A DNA stretch of 64,000 nt from Alphaproteobacteria bacterium (GTDB lineage: Bacteria; Pseudomonadota; Alphaproteobacteria; Rs-D84): assembly GCA_015062445.1 (NCBI GenBank), contig SUUQ01000003.1, positions 15,623 through 79,622 of the forward strand, in the 5' to 3' direction. The notes beneath the pieces are model-generated. The model did no database searches. It saw nothing but the letters and a program-made list of their open reading frames with translations, and was not told the DNA's origin. Shown in pieces: positions 29,616-38,630 of the stretch. Made by a program: the position numbers and the translations under genes. Position 1 is the first letter of the stretch; each line of letters opens with the position of its first letter.

Positions 29616-30206
29616 ATGCAACACGACATCGCCAAGGAATACATATCAAAACTGACAGACTTGTATGCATTGTCAGAAAATGTAATTGCTAAAATGCAAC
29701 AAAATGCCGACAAAATAACCTCCGCATTCAAGGGATATTCTTGGGATCATATAGAATGGGCTGTTGATTTCTACTATGTCCGAAAAAATGACAAGACATA
29801 CCCCCGCATGGCACAAATCTTAGCAATTCTAAACACGAACAAAGAAATTAAGCGGGTTGAAGACGATCCTTTGGAATGCAAAGAACTTGTTATGCCAACC
29901 ACCCGGATTTGGGATTTGCAAAAAGTGTTTGCGGAGGTATGTCGTGCCGCACACAGACATGGTCTGGCTTATTTTGAGTATTTTGACAAAGTCGAAAAAA
30001 TCAAGATGGGAAACAAGTCTTATATAAAGCAAATTAATCGTCCTGATGGAACAACAGAAAACATTCTCTGTTTTCGCAATTACGATTGGGACGATGCTGT
30101 AAATACCGCTCGCCAAGCATTCCCCAGCGAATTTAATAAATACAAATATATGTCCTGTTGGGAAAAGTACGCAATGGCATACAAACTGGGAACACTAAAA
30201 ATATAA
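29616..30206 (+). CDS. Phage early protein (replication module), hypothetical
   Basis: Co-oriented with the replication gene. Confidence 0.4.
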   Translation: MQHDIAKEYISKLTDLYALSENVIAKMQQNADKITSAFKGYSWDHIEWAVDFYYVRKNDKTYPRMAQILAILNTNKEIKRVEDDPLECKELVMPTTRIWDLQKVFAEVCRAAHRHGLAYFEYFDKVEKIKMGNKSYIKQINRPDGTTENILCFRNYDWDDAVNTARQAFPSEFNKYKYMSCWEKYAMAYKLGTLKI

Positions 30207-30219
30207 TTGGAGACCAATA

Positions 30220-30630
30220 ATGTTCTTTCAAAATATCACTCAAACAGAAAACATTACTAAATGGGTCGCATCGCAGATAGATGCCACTCGTTCAGTAACC
30301 AAATACGGTTGGGACATAACGATAACCCCTCATAAAAAATCCCGCACGAACCAACAAAACCGCTTTTTGATGACCGTATTAAACAACATTGTTTTATTCG
30401 GCCAGCGCACTGGATACGTGTGCCCCGGATTACAGCAATGGGCTATGCAGCCAAGCATTTTGAAAGAGTACTGGAAATACCGCTTGGGGTGTCTTTCAAC
30501 CGCAAAATTATCTACCGCCGAATTTGGACAATTTATAGACCAGATTCAGGCCACTATGGCATCAGAAACAAACGGCAACTATGAAATTATCACTCCGCCT
30601 GATGAGTATTCGCAATTAATCAACAGATAA
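30220..30630 (+). CDS. ninB: NinB/Orf-family recombination protein
   Basis: RTNQQNRFLMTVLNNI and STAKLSTAEFGQFIDQIQATMASE match the NinB motifs. Confidence 0.55.
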   Translation: MFFQNITQTENITKWVASQIDATRSVTKYGWDITITPHKKSRTNQQNRFLMTVLNNIVLFGQRTGYVCPGLQQWAMQPSILKEYWKYRLGCLSTAKLSTAEFGQFIDQIQATMASETNGNYEIITPPDEYSQLINR

Positions 30631-30645
30631 CCAAAAGGATTTAAC

Positions 30646-30861
30646 ATGCACGACCCAAAAGAACGTATATTAATAGATTTATCTTATGAAGATTTCTCCA
30701 ATGGTATTTTGTCGGCCCTAGAAAAGGACACTGGGGCAATACCAATAATTCCCGAAATTATACGCATATTGAAAATAAAAATGCGAAAAGAGGCAATACG
30801 AAACCAAAGATGCAACAACCTGAAACAGAATAAACAAGGGATGAAAAATGGAAAAATTTAA
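30646..30861 (+). CDS. Phage hypothetical small protein
   Basis: ORF in the early operon. Confidence 0.3.
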   Translation: MHDPKERILIDLSYEDFSNGILSALEKDTGAIPIIPEIIRILKIKMRKEAIRNQRCNNLKQNKQGMKNGKI

Positions 30862-31174
30862 CACAGCAGAACAGTTATGGTTTTGGTTTGTGTATTCCAA
30901 ATGTGTCAGAACGCCATTTTCTAGAACCTTTACAACAACAAAAAGGCCTTGCGAATTGATGGATGTTGAAATACTGATCACAAAATTGTATCTGTCCGGC
31001 AAGATCACACGTGAACAACTTGAAATTATGCGACTTTACGCAGATAAACGTAGGTCGCCAAACCCTAACATTTACACAGAATTCCGTCATTGTATCTTAT
31101 GGGATAAAGCAATGGCGACAATAGAACACTTTGCCAGATTGTGTGGCTGGATTTACCCAAAGGAAACGACATGA
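30848..31174 (+). CDS. Phage hypothetical protein
   Basis: ORF in the early operon. Confidence 0.4.
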   Translation: MEKFNTAEQLWFWFVYSKCVRTPFSRTFTTTKRPCELMDVEILITKLYLSGKITREQLEIMRLYADKRRSPNPNIYTEFRHCILWDKAMATIEHFARLCGWIYPKETT

Positions 31175-31350
31175 ATAATATTGGTGGCGTAATAGTTAAT
31201 AGATTTCATCCGAACTTTAGAACATTTTACGATAAATTCGAGGATGCACGACAGGCCTATAAAACAATGGCACAGCCATTTCAAAAGTTTTGGTATTTAT
31301 TGCCATGGATTAAAGATGTGAAAGGAGGAACAAGTGTCAGAACAAATTAA
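31141..31350 (+). CDS. Phage hypothetical small protein
   Basis: ORF in the early operon. Confidence 0.3.
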   Translation: MWLDLPKGNDMNNIGGVIVNRFHPNFRTFYDKFEDARQAYKTMAQPFQKFWYLLPWIKDVKGGTSVRTN

Positions 31351-31867
31351 ACCTTGTGCCATTTGTGGAGAATATCCTTATTTTGACGACCTTGCTCCAT
31401 TTGCCGTAAAATGCAAAAACAATAAATGCACTAATGGCATTGATTATGTCGCTCGCTCTCATTCTCTTGACGATCTTGTGTCAAAATGGAATGCATTGCA
31501 ACATAATGAATTTTTTATTGTTATTCCGCATGAATTACCGGCATTAAATGAAATTCTAGGTGCAACAAATTCTAATCGTTATGTCGGTGCTGCATTAAAG
31601 AAGAAATCTATGCAGTTGGTGGCACTTTATCTGCCAAATAAAACCTTGCCGACTCCGCTAACGGCGGATTTTTTATTTTACTCAAAGAACGCAAGAAAAG
31701 ATCCGGACAATATCGCTTCAGGTGCCACAAAAATTATTTTTGATGCAATGCAACAAAAAGGCATCTTGGTAAATGACGGTCAAAAACAAATACGTCAATT
31801 ACACTACAGATTTGCGGTTGATAAAAACAACCCTCGCATAGAAATAACTCTAAAGAGGGCTATGTAA
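31334..31867 (+). CDS. rusA: Lar-like zinc-ribbon domain fused to RusA Holliday-junction resolvase
   Basis: N-terminus PCAICGEYPYF...CKNNKC...LVSKWNALQ is Lar-like. C-terminus KNARKDPDNIASGATKIIFDAMQQKGILVNDGQKQIRQLHYRF matches the RusA catalytic motif (D..DN..K...DAL.....DD.QI). Confidence 0.6.
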   Translation: MSEQIKPCAICGEYPYFDDLAPFAVKCKNNKCTNGIDYVARSHSLDDLVSKWNALQHNEFFIVIPHELPALNEILGATNSNRYVGAALKKKSMQLVALYLPNKTLPTPLTADFLFYSKNARKDPDNIASGATKIIFDAMQQKGILVNDGQKQIRQLHYRFAVDKNNPRIEITLKRAM

Positions 31868-32253
31868 TGTTTCAGAAGACATTTTTTGACGATATATATC
31901 GCCGCAAGATTATTTGCGGCAAAAATGCCGACAAAAAAATGTCTGTATTAAAGCGACTTATGACATTGTCTGCATACGGCACATCTGGTCAATCGGCTAA
32001 ACTTGGCGGTATCCGTGGTGGCGGAATGTCATTGCCGGCTTTGGAACGTAATGCAGCATATCTGATACACAGGGCAAGGATTCTCAATCTGTGCTCGGAT
32101 CCGGATCTACGTATATATTTGGAATATTACAGTCGCCACGACACAAATATTCTGACCGACATTGCCGCCGGTAAAATAGAAACCAGATTTATCCGTGCTG
32201 TTTTAAACGAAGCACTTGATGAAATATGCAACAAAGAGGAATGTTATGAATAA
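31867..32253 (+). CDS. Phage hypothetical protein (late regulator position)
   Basis: ORF coupled to the rusA stop (ATG overlaps TAA). Confidence 0.4.
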   Translation: MFQKTFFDDIYRRKIICGKNADKKMSVLKRLMTLSAYGTSGQSAKLGGIRGGGMSLPALERNAAYLIHRARILNLCSDPDLRIYLEYYSRHDTNILTDIAAGKIETRFIRAVLNEALDEICNKEECYE

Positions 32254-32542
32254 TGATTATCTTGGCTCATTATCCAGATATGCGGCTTGGGCAGGCATAA
32301 CACTGGATTGTGCAAAAAAACGGCTCAAACGAGGACAGATTGTTTTTTCCGACAAATATCCACATTTGGTTGATTTTATTCGAAGTAATGCAGTGGCAAA
32401 AAAACGTGGTCGTCCCCGCAAATCCACAGCAAAACGAAAAATCCACGTCAGTTGGTGGATGGACGCTGCCGAATATGCAGAATTAGCCCCTTTACATAAA
32501 AAACACATTGAACGCAGAAAAAACCGCCAAAACTTTCCCTAA
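32216..32542 (+). CDS. Phage basic DNA-binding-like protein, hypothetical
   Basis: Lys/Arg-rich tract KKRGRPRKSTAKRK. Confidence 0.4.
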   Translation: MMKYATKRNVMNNDYLGSLSRYAAWAGITLDCAKKRLKRGQIVFSDKYPHLVDFIRSNAVAKKRGRPRKSTAKRKIHVSWWMDAAEYAELAPLHKKHIERRKNRQNFP

Positions 32543-32543
32543 A

Positions 32544-32616
32544 TTACATTATTTTGTAAAAACTTACACTATTATGTAATTTTTTTATTGACCTGCTTAC
32601 ATTTTAATGTAATAAT
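32544..32616 (+). promoter_or_regulatory. Second repressor-operator cluster: three palindromes TTACATTATTTTGTAA (32544-32559), TTACACTATTATGTAA (32564-32579), TTACATTTTAATGTAA (32597-32612) overlapping a TTGACC-17-AATAAT promoter
   Basis: Same consensus, TTACA-N6-TGTAA, as the site at 28852. Confidence 0.45.
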
Positions 32617-32650
32617 TGTCGTGTAGCAAAACAACAAAAGGAGAACCTAC

Positions 32651-32890
32651 ATGACAAAAACTACAAAAATTATCTTTTATTCAATTCTTACAATTATTGG
32701 CTCTTTTCTTTGGTTCAGTTGGGTTGATGCCGCTGGTGCCAATGTTCGACAAAATGATTCTTGCGCCTATTTAGCGGATATTTCTGATCGTGCTTATTGG
32801 GAATGCCATGGTGCTTCCTGCTTGTCTCGTTGTTCATCTATTAACCCTGATTTGCCCGAATACTGCGACTGGGTCTGTGCTAATGCATAA
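32651..32890 (+). CDS. Small secreted cysteine-rich peptide (79 aa; 8 Cys in mature part)
   Basis: Signal peptide [27 protein letters not shown], then a Cys-rich 50-aa mature region. First gene after the operator-controlled promoter. Confidence 0.5.
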   Translation: MTKTTKIIFYSILTIIGSFLWFSWVDAAGANVRQNDSCAYLADISDRAYWECHGASCLSRCSSINPDLPEYCDWVCANA

Positions 32891-32946
32891 AAATCGTCTT
32901 TGGGGTCGGGACTCCAACACGGCCCCTCAACATTGGAGATAAAAAA

Positions 32947-33756
32947 ATGTCAAACGAATTAATTTCAACAACAACATCTGGATTCACACAAGAACAGGTT
33001 GATTTAATAAAACGCACAATCGCAAAAAACTCTACGGATGACGAATTGGCAATGTTCTTAGGAATTTGTAAGAGAACCGGCCTTGATCCTTTTGGTCGTC
33101 AAATATACGCAATCAAAAGATATGATTCTCGTGAAAAACGTGAGGTTTTATCAACACAAGTATCTATTGACGGCTTAAGATTGGTCGCAGAACGAAGTGG
33201 AAAATATGCAGGGCAAAAACCTGTTGAATGGTGTGATGACAAGGGGAATTGGGTCGATGTGTGGCTTACATCTACACCACCTGCGGCGGCCCGAGTCGGG
33301 GTTATGCGTTCCGATTTCAATGAACCGTTATATGCGATCGCCCGATTTACTGCTTATGCACAAAAAAATCGTGATGGTTCTCTATCCAATATGTGGGCCA
33401 AGATGCCAGAACTTATGATCGCAAAAGTAGCCGAAGCATTAGCATTACGCAAGGCTTTCCCACAAGAATTATCCGGTTTATACACTCGTGAAGAAATGGA
33501 CCAAGCAGATAATGCGCCTGTTGCAGTGCCTAATATACAAGATGCGGTTGTTGTTGAAAAGACACAACCGGCACCACAAGAACTGCCAGACGAAGTGTTA
33601 CAAGAAATCAATAGTTGTCAGGACATTGTTGCGATTGGTGCTGTTCTGCGTAAATACGCAAAAGAATATGACGTTGCCTTGTTATCTGCGGCCGGAACCG
33701 CACGAAAAAAAGAACTGTTAATCGAATTAGAACAAAAAGGTGGTACAAATGAATAA
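32947..33756 (+). CDS. recT: RecT-family single-strand annealing recombinase
   Basis: [25 protein letters not shown]...[12 protein letters not shown] matches RecT-family conservation. Confidence 0.7.
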   Translation: MSNELISTTTSGFTQEQVDLIKRTIAKNSTDDELAMFLGICKRTGLDPFGRQIYAIKRYDSREKREVLSTQVSIDGLRLVAERSGKYAGQKPVEWCDDKGNWVDVWLTSTPPAAARVGVMRSDFNEPLYAIARFTAYAQKNRDGSLSNMWAKMPELMIAKVAEALALRKAFPQELSGLYTREEMDQADNAPVAVPNIQDAVVVEKTQPAPQELPDEVLQEINSCQDIVAIGAVLRKYAKEYDVALLSAAGTARKKELLIELEQKGGTNE

Positions 33757-34672
33757 TGAATTAGGCGATCGCAGTCAATACATTGGCGGTTCAGATATTG
33801 CCGCAATCTTAGGAATTTCTCCTTGGAAAACACGTAATGCTTTGTTGCGTGAAAAAATAACACAAGAACACCGTAATTTTTCTACGGCCGCAACTCGTTT
33901 CGGGCACGACAACGAAAGCACTCTGATAAATTTTGATGCTTTGACAGTTGGCTATGAAACGGATGCTGAAACCCCTGTAATTGAAAATCCAAAATTCGGA
34001 CCATTGTCATTTGATTTCCCTATGATATTGCACCTTGACGGAATGGGGACTATGCCAGATGGCGAACGCATACTTATAGAATGTAAAACATCTGGAACGG
34101 CTTTCAATGGTACCTTGCCTGAATATTACAAACCTCAGGTTCAAACATATTTAGCCGCATTAGAAAATCAGGGTGTGCATCGTGCACGTATTGTGTTCGG
34201 TCTGCGTTCAGAAGACAAAATTGGCGAAACTGAGGGCTTTTGGGTTGAAGCGGACAAGGATTATTTCCAAAACACGATCGTCCCAGCAGTTGCTAGTTTT
34301 TGTCTAGAGGTTAATGCCGGCAGACAACGCATTGCCGCAGGCGAAAGTATTGACGATATATTGCCTGTAACCACAGCAGATGCGGTTGCAATTATGGGAG
34401 ATACCGCAATTCAAAATGTCAGCAATGCTTTGGACATGATTGAACACTACAACTCTATTGTCGATGAATTCAAAAAGACTCTAAAAGAGAAAATGGAAAC
34501 TGCGGGTATTACGAGTGCACGTTTTGGAAATTATGTTGCCTCCATTACTGCGGCAACAGTCCGCAAAACATTAGATACTGCCGCAATCAAGCGGGATTAT
34601 CCGGGAACTTTTGACCGTTACACAAAAGAAACCAAAGTCGCAAGTTCTTTGCGTATAACAAAAAAGAAATGA
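33740..34672 (+). CDS. YqaJ-like viral exonuclease (PD-(D/E)XK)
   Basis: [19 protein letters not shown]-terminal motif. Paired with recT, as in phage recombination modules. Confidence 0.7.
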   Translation: MVQMNNELGDRSQYIGGSDIAAILGISPWKTRNALLREKITQEHRNFSTAATRFGHDNESTLINFDALTVGYETDAETPVIENPKFGPLSFDFPMILHLDGMGTMPDGERILIECKTSGTAFNGTLPEYYKPQVQTYLAALENQGVHRARIVFGLRSEDKIGETEGFWVEADKDYFQNTIVPAVASFCLEVNAGRQRIAAGESIDDILPVTTADAVAIMGDTAIQNVSNALDMIEHYNSIVDEFKKTLKEKMETAGITSARFGNYVASITAATVRKTLDTAAIKRDYPGTFDRYTKETKVASSLRITKKK

Positions 34673-34684
34673 AAGGAGTAAAAA

Positions 34685-35020
34685 ATGTCTAAAAACTATC
34701 GTGTTCAAGTCGGTAACGTAAAAGTAGCGGCTTTTTGGAATGAGCCACAAGGACAAAACACCAAAGGATACTATTCTTGTCAGGTTGTGCGTTCTCGGAG
34801 AGACCAAGACGGACAATGGATTGATGAAAAAGTATCATTATTTCCAAATGAACTGATTGCTTTAAATGCGTGTATTGATCAGTTACAACGTATAATCACG
34901 CATCCTGAAGCATTTGAAATAAACCGTAATCAGAATGGTGCCAGTGCACCCGCACCCACCACACAAACTCCGGCACCCGCACCAGCGGCTATGGATGTTG
35001 GTGATGATATCCCATTTTAA
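34685..35020 (+). CDS. Putative ssDNA-binding protein with SSB-like acidic C-terminal tail (..DDIPF)
   Basis: Ends in MDVGDDIPF, preceded by a Pro/Ala-rich linker. Follows recT/exo. Confidence 0.45.
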   Translation: MSKNYRVQVGNVKVAAFWNEPQGQNTKGYYSCQVVRSRRDQDGQWIDEKVSLFPNELIALNACIDQLQRIITHPEAFEINRNQNGASAPAPTTQTPAPAPAAMDVGDDIPF

Positions 35021-35056
35021 TAAAAGACAACAGAAAATAAAGGAAAGGATAAAAAA

Positions 35057-35641
35057 ATGACAAATACAGTTCAAAACGCACCAACAAAATTGGAGACGAA
35101 TCTTGAAAATAATCAGATATGTCGTGATGCAACAACTAATGTATTCGACCGTCTGATTAAATGGTTGCCTTTACGTGAGGTTGCAGAACAGGCGGCGGCT
35201 AATTTAATCGCTCGTATGGATACCGCAGACTTTTTTACAGAAAAGTATGCCCTGACCGAAAAGCAAAAAGAATATATTCGTCAAAATATCGCATCTATAA
35301 TGCGTGAGGCAGGAGACCAAGTCGTAGCAAAGCATACAGAATGGGACAAAGAAAACAAGGAGTTTATCGGAAATACCATTGTAGAAGAAATGATAAAGAT
35401 ACCAGAACAGACAATGGCCGCCTTGGGTCGTGTTGCAAATCGTGGTGCCGTATTGGCTATGACCGCAATCAAAGCAAATGCGGGTTCTGACAAAGCCGAT
35501 GAAATCACTATGCGTAAATCAAAAGAAACTGGCGATATAACAATCCCAACACGTGGCGTGTTCATCAGCACAAATTGCATTGAGAGCATCAAGGAACAAA
35601 TAAACATTATAAACAAAGATATCGACATAGAGGTTAAATAA
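35057..35641 (+). CDS. Phage hypothetical protein
   Basis: 194-aa ORF with an RBS ggaaagg. Confidence 0.45.
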   Translation: MTNTVQNAPTKLETNLENNQICRDATTNVFDRLIKWLPLREVAEQAAANLIARMDTADFFTEKYALTEKQKEYIRQNIASIMREAGDQVVAKHTEWDKENKEFIGNTIVEEMIKIPEQTMAALGRVANRGAVLAMTAIKANAGSDKADEITMRKSKETGDITIPTRGVFISTNCIESIKEQINIINKDIDIEVK

Positions 35642-35832
35642 TGGGGCTTGTTGGTGGGCCTGAGCCCACCAACAATAAAAAAAGAGGGATGATAATGTTC
35701 TGTGCAAAATCAAAAAAAGGTACGTTAAAAATGCCAGTTTGCATAATCGGAAAATGCAAATCAGAAATAAAAAGAAAACTTACTCAAATGGGGTTTGATA
35801 CACGAGATTTTGAATTCGAGGAGAAAAAGTAA
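35641..35832 (+). CDS. Phage hypothetical small protein
   Basis: Coupled ORF. Confidence 0.3.
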   Translation: MGLVGGPEPTNNKKRGMIMFCAKSKKGTLKMPVCIIGKCKSEIKRKLTQMGFDTRDFEFEEKK

Positions 35833-36032
35833 TGAAAGGGATTCAATATTATGGAATATGCAACTGCACATGCGATTATTGTAAAAAAAGAAAATCAGTA
35901 ATAACGTTAATTTTAGGGGGCTCGTTTGGTGGAATTTATATTTGCAGACAGTGTGCTACAAAAATACAAAAAAGTGCATACCAGATTGAAAAAAACGCAT
36001 TGTTGCGGCAAAGACAAAATAAAGGCAAATAA
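35832..36032 (+). CDS. Small zinc-ribbon protein (CxxC..CxxC)
   Basis: CNCTCDYC ... CRQC. Confidence 0.35.
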   Translation: MKGIQYYGICNCTCDYCKKRKSVITLILGGSFGGIYICRQCATKIQKSAYQIEKNALLRQRQNKGK

Positions 36033-36033
36033 G

Positions 36034-36234
36034 ATGGCGATAACCGTTGCGATTTTAATCAATGGCAGACCTATATTGGCACGTTCTGCCGTAAACATAA
36101 CACCTGAACAGCCATATGGTGCGGTACATAAATATAAGGTTGATGACGGTTCCGTTGTTGAACACGTCCGGTCTGATGGTTGCGTGGCATTGGCTCATAA
36201 ACTGCTAGATACGATAAAAGAGGTTACAAAATGA
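36034..36234 (+). CDS. Phage hypothetical small protein
   Basis: Internal ATG at 36034 just after the upstream stop. Confidence 0.35.
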   Translation: MAITVAILINGRPILARSAVNITPEQPYGAVHKYKVDDGSVVEHVRSDGCVALAHKLLDTIKEVTK

Positions 36235-36551
36235 CACCAGAAGAACAAGATATGTATGTTTATGCACTAAGATATTGTCTTGGTCGTCTGACGTATGCAC
36301 CATCCACCTGTGCAGAGGAAATCCAGCGCAAGATAAAACAGTTGTCGCAAAAAACACTATTTGTAATGGTCGAAAGCATCAATCAAGACCTTGTCTGTAT
36401 GAGTGATGTTTATGACAGGCCCGAAAACAAACACATAAAGCAAACGTGGCTGTCATTAAAAAGTGCCTTGGAAAACAGATATATTATAAAAAAACAAGGG
36501 TCAGATAACTCAGGACAATTCAAAAAAAACGAACAGTCGGTTATAAATTAA
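36231..36551 (+). CDS. Phage hypothetical protein
   Basis: Coupled ORF. Confidence 0.4.
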   Translation: MTPEEQDMYVYALRYCLGRLTYAPSTCAEEIQRKIKQLSQKTLFVMVESINQDLVCMSDVYDRPENKHIKQTWLSLKSALENRYIIKKQGSDNSGQFKKNEQSVIN

Positions 36552-36680
36552 AACCAACTGAAAATAAAGGATAGGGATATGAAATACGGGCTTATAACAT
36601 TTTGGTTTATCTATTTCCTTACTTTGTATTTATATAACCTTTCCGCTTAAATCGGAAAACTGAACATAAGGAACAATAAA

Positions 36681-36899
36681 ATGATTGTTTATGCAATAAA
36701 AGATTTAGATAGAGGGCTGTTTTGGAATCGCATCCACAAGGATTTCAGACCCTTGGCACAAAACACATTATTCGTAAAAGACACAGGGCAAGCGAGACGT
36801 GCATTAGACCCAAGGTGTATAAGCGGTGTTGTGCGTGATATTTACAAAGACAGAAATCTGGCCGCCGTAAAAATTGAAATAAAAGAACATAAGGAATAG
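36681..36899 (+). CDS. Phage hypothetical small protein
   Basis: ORF with an RBS. Confidence 0.35.
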   Translation: MIVYAIKDLDRGLFWNRIHKDFRPLAQNTLFVKDTGQARRALDPRCISGVVRDIYKDRNLAAVKIEIKEHKE

Positions 36900-36903
36900 C
36901 AAC

Positions 36904-37113
36904 ATGACAACATATGAAGCAAAACTAATAGTTGATGAGCAAGTAAAGGCGGTTGCCACTGGGCCAGATATCGCTGGGACTTTGGACATAGTCTTAGAAC
37001 ATTTGCCTGACAACATGGAATACAAAATAGAGATAAATATCGTTGTGCAAAGTAAAAATGGGAAACCTGTTGCGATGTACTGCGAAGAAAATCATTCGTC
37101 TATGATTGGATAG
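36904..37113 (+). CDS. Phage hypothetical small protein
   Basis: ORF with an RBS. Confidence 0.35.
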   Translation: MTTYEAKLIVDEQVKAVATGPDIAGTLDIVLEHLPDNMEYKIEINIVVQSKNGKPVAMYCEENHSSMIG

Positions 37114-37142
37114 ACAACACAAAAGAAAGGAAAGGATGACAG

Positions 37143-37439
37143 ATGAAACAAGAACAAAGGAAATATGTCGGTATAACACAGGCGGCGAAAATAGTCGGAA
37201 AATCCTATAAGGGGTTTATGAAAAAGGTAGATTTGGGTCAAATCCCTTATTTTATGGACGGAGACCGCATGTGCTTTTATATCGATGAACTGACAAAACA
37301 ACCGGAATCACAATGTCATATAAAATCTATAAAAGAAAAACATCGCCGGTCTATTATGCGAGAATCTCGGTCCGCATCAACGGCCAGACAAAACTTGAAA
37401 GGTTCTCAACTCACGAATCTAGCCGAGATAAGGCCTTAG
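37143..37439 (+). CDS. xis: Excisionase-like HTH protein
   Basis: YVGITQAAKIVGKSYKGFMKKV...IPYFMDGDRMCFYIDEL is AlpA/Xis-like. Lies immediately upstream of int and overlaps it. Confidence 0.55.
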   Translation: MKQEQRKYVGITQAAKIVGKSYKGFMKKVDLGQIPYFMDGDRMCFYIDELTKQPESQCHIKSIKEKHRRSIMRESRSASTARQNLKGSQLTNLAEIRP

Positions 37440-38332
37440 AAATCGCACGAATGGCGGAACAAAAACTGCTTGCCCATAATGGTGCAGTTGATATCACAAT
37501 AGAACAGGCTTTTGGGGAGTTTTACAAACGAGAAAGCCAAAACTATACCGCCCCCAAAAATATTTATTATGCATTATCTCAATTTTCTGCATTTTTTGGG
37601 GGCCTCAGACCCTTTTCTTCTCTTACAAACGCAGACATAAATAATTTTATTTACTCAAGGCAGGTCGAGGGACGTGCCCCAGCAACTATAAATCGTCAGT
37701 TAGTCATATTGTCCAAGGTAATTTCAACCTGTAAAAAGAAATGGGGCTTTGTTGCCCCTGATGTGCATCCACTAGAATTTAAATTACGGGAACCTGACGG
37801 ACGTATTGGTCTCGTGAACGACGACGACCGACAGAAAATAATGGATGCTGCCGCACCACACTTAAAATTGGCTATGCAGATTGCTTATTATACAGGACTT
37901 CGTAAAGGCAACATTTTGTCGTTGCGCTGGGATGAAATCGATACCGAACGTTGGTCTATAACAAAATTCATAAAAGACAGCAACTTTAAAGGTGGTCGTG
38001 CCCATACAGTATTTATCCCTGATGCCCTAAAGAGCATTCTGCAGGCAATACCGCACACCTGTGATTATGTTATCGCCATAGACGGGAAACCAATCAAAGA
38101 CCTTAAAACAGCATGGCATGCCGCCTGCCGCAGAGCGGGTATTCCGCATCGCAAATACACCTTTCACGATGTCCGGCATGGATCAGCGACAGCGGTCGTT
38201 CGTACAACAAATTCGTTATATGCCGCCCAGGTATTTTTAGGGCACAAATCTCCCAAAATGACCCAACGGTATGCTAAATTTTTAGATGAAGACAAGATAA
38301 GAATCGCACACTCTGTGTTTGACAATAAATAG
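37313..38332 (+). CDS. int: Tyrosine integrase
   Basis: C-terminal HDVRHGSATAVV...LGHKSPKMTQRYAKF gives the R..HxxR..Y catalytic residues. Lies adjacent to attR and tRNA-Gly. Confidence 0.85.
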   Translation: MSYKIYKRKTSPVYYARISVRINGQTKLERFSTHESSRDKALEIARMAEQKLLAHNGAVDITIEQAFGEFYKRESQNYTAPKNIYYALSQFSAFFGGLRPFSSLTNADINNFIYSRQVEGRAPATINRQLVILSKVISTCKKKWGFVAPDVHPLEFKLREPDGRIGLVNDDDRQKIMDAAAPHLKLAMQIAYYTGLRKGNILSLRWDEIDTERWSITKFIKDSNFKGGRAHTVFIPDALKSILQAIPHTCDYVIAIDGKPIKDLKTAWHAACRRAGIPHRKYTFHDVRHGSATAVVRTTNSLYAAQVFLGHKSPKMTQRYAKFLDEDKIRIAHSVFDNK

Positions 38333-38460
38333 TGTGTCATTTTTGTGTCAAAAAATTTTATAAACTTTTATCATTTTGTAAAAAACATTGAAATTCTGGG
38401 AAATTTAGAAAAACAAAAAAACGTATAAAAAAAGGGCTTCAAATCGCTGAAACCCTTGTA

Positions 38461-38516
38461 AATTCTGGTGCGAGCAAAGGGGCTCGAACCCTCGACCTCA
38501 ACCTTGGCAAGGTTGC
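38461..38516. repeat. attR: 56-bp direct repeat identical to 9080-9135
   Basis: Exact repeat that forms the 3' portion of the intact tRNA-Gly. Confidence 0.65.
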
Positions 38517-38542
38517 GCTCTAGCCAACTGAGCTACGCTCGC
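38466..38542 (-). tRNA. tRNA-Gly (anticodon GCC)
   Basis: Manual fold: acceptor GCGAGCG/TGCTCGC, D arm GCTC-AGTTGGCTA-GAGC, anticodon stem CAACC/GGTTG with loop TTGCCAA, T arm GAGGG-TTCGAGC-CCCTT, and an encoded CCA. Confidence 0.85.
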
Positions 38543-38599
38543 ATTGCTGGTATATATTGACATATATTTTTTGTATTTGCAAGTCTTTTTTGTAAAAAA

Positions 38600-38630
38600 A
38601 TAAAAATCCCGCCGGGGCGGGATGATTTAT
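38600..38630. terminator. Rho-independent terminator
   Basis: ATCCCGCCggGGCGGGAT hairpin. Confidence 0.5.

Noticed and set aside
37143-37439. Possibility that the long xis/int overlap (127 nt) indicates a mis-called integrase start
   Set aside because: The integrase N-terminus upstream of the alternative ATG (37448) has a typical integrase N-domain (YYARISV…), so the longer int ORF is kept. The xis C-terminal extension may be non-functional read-through.
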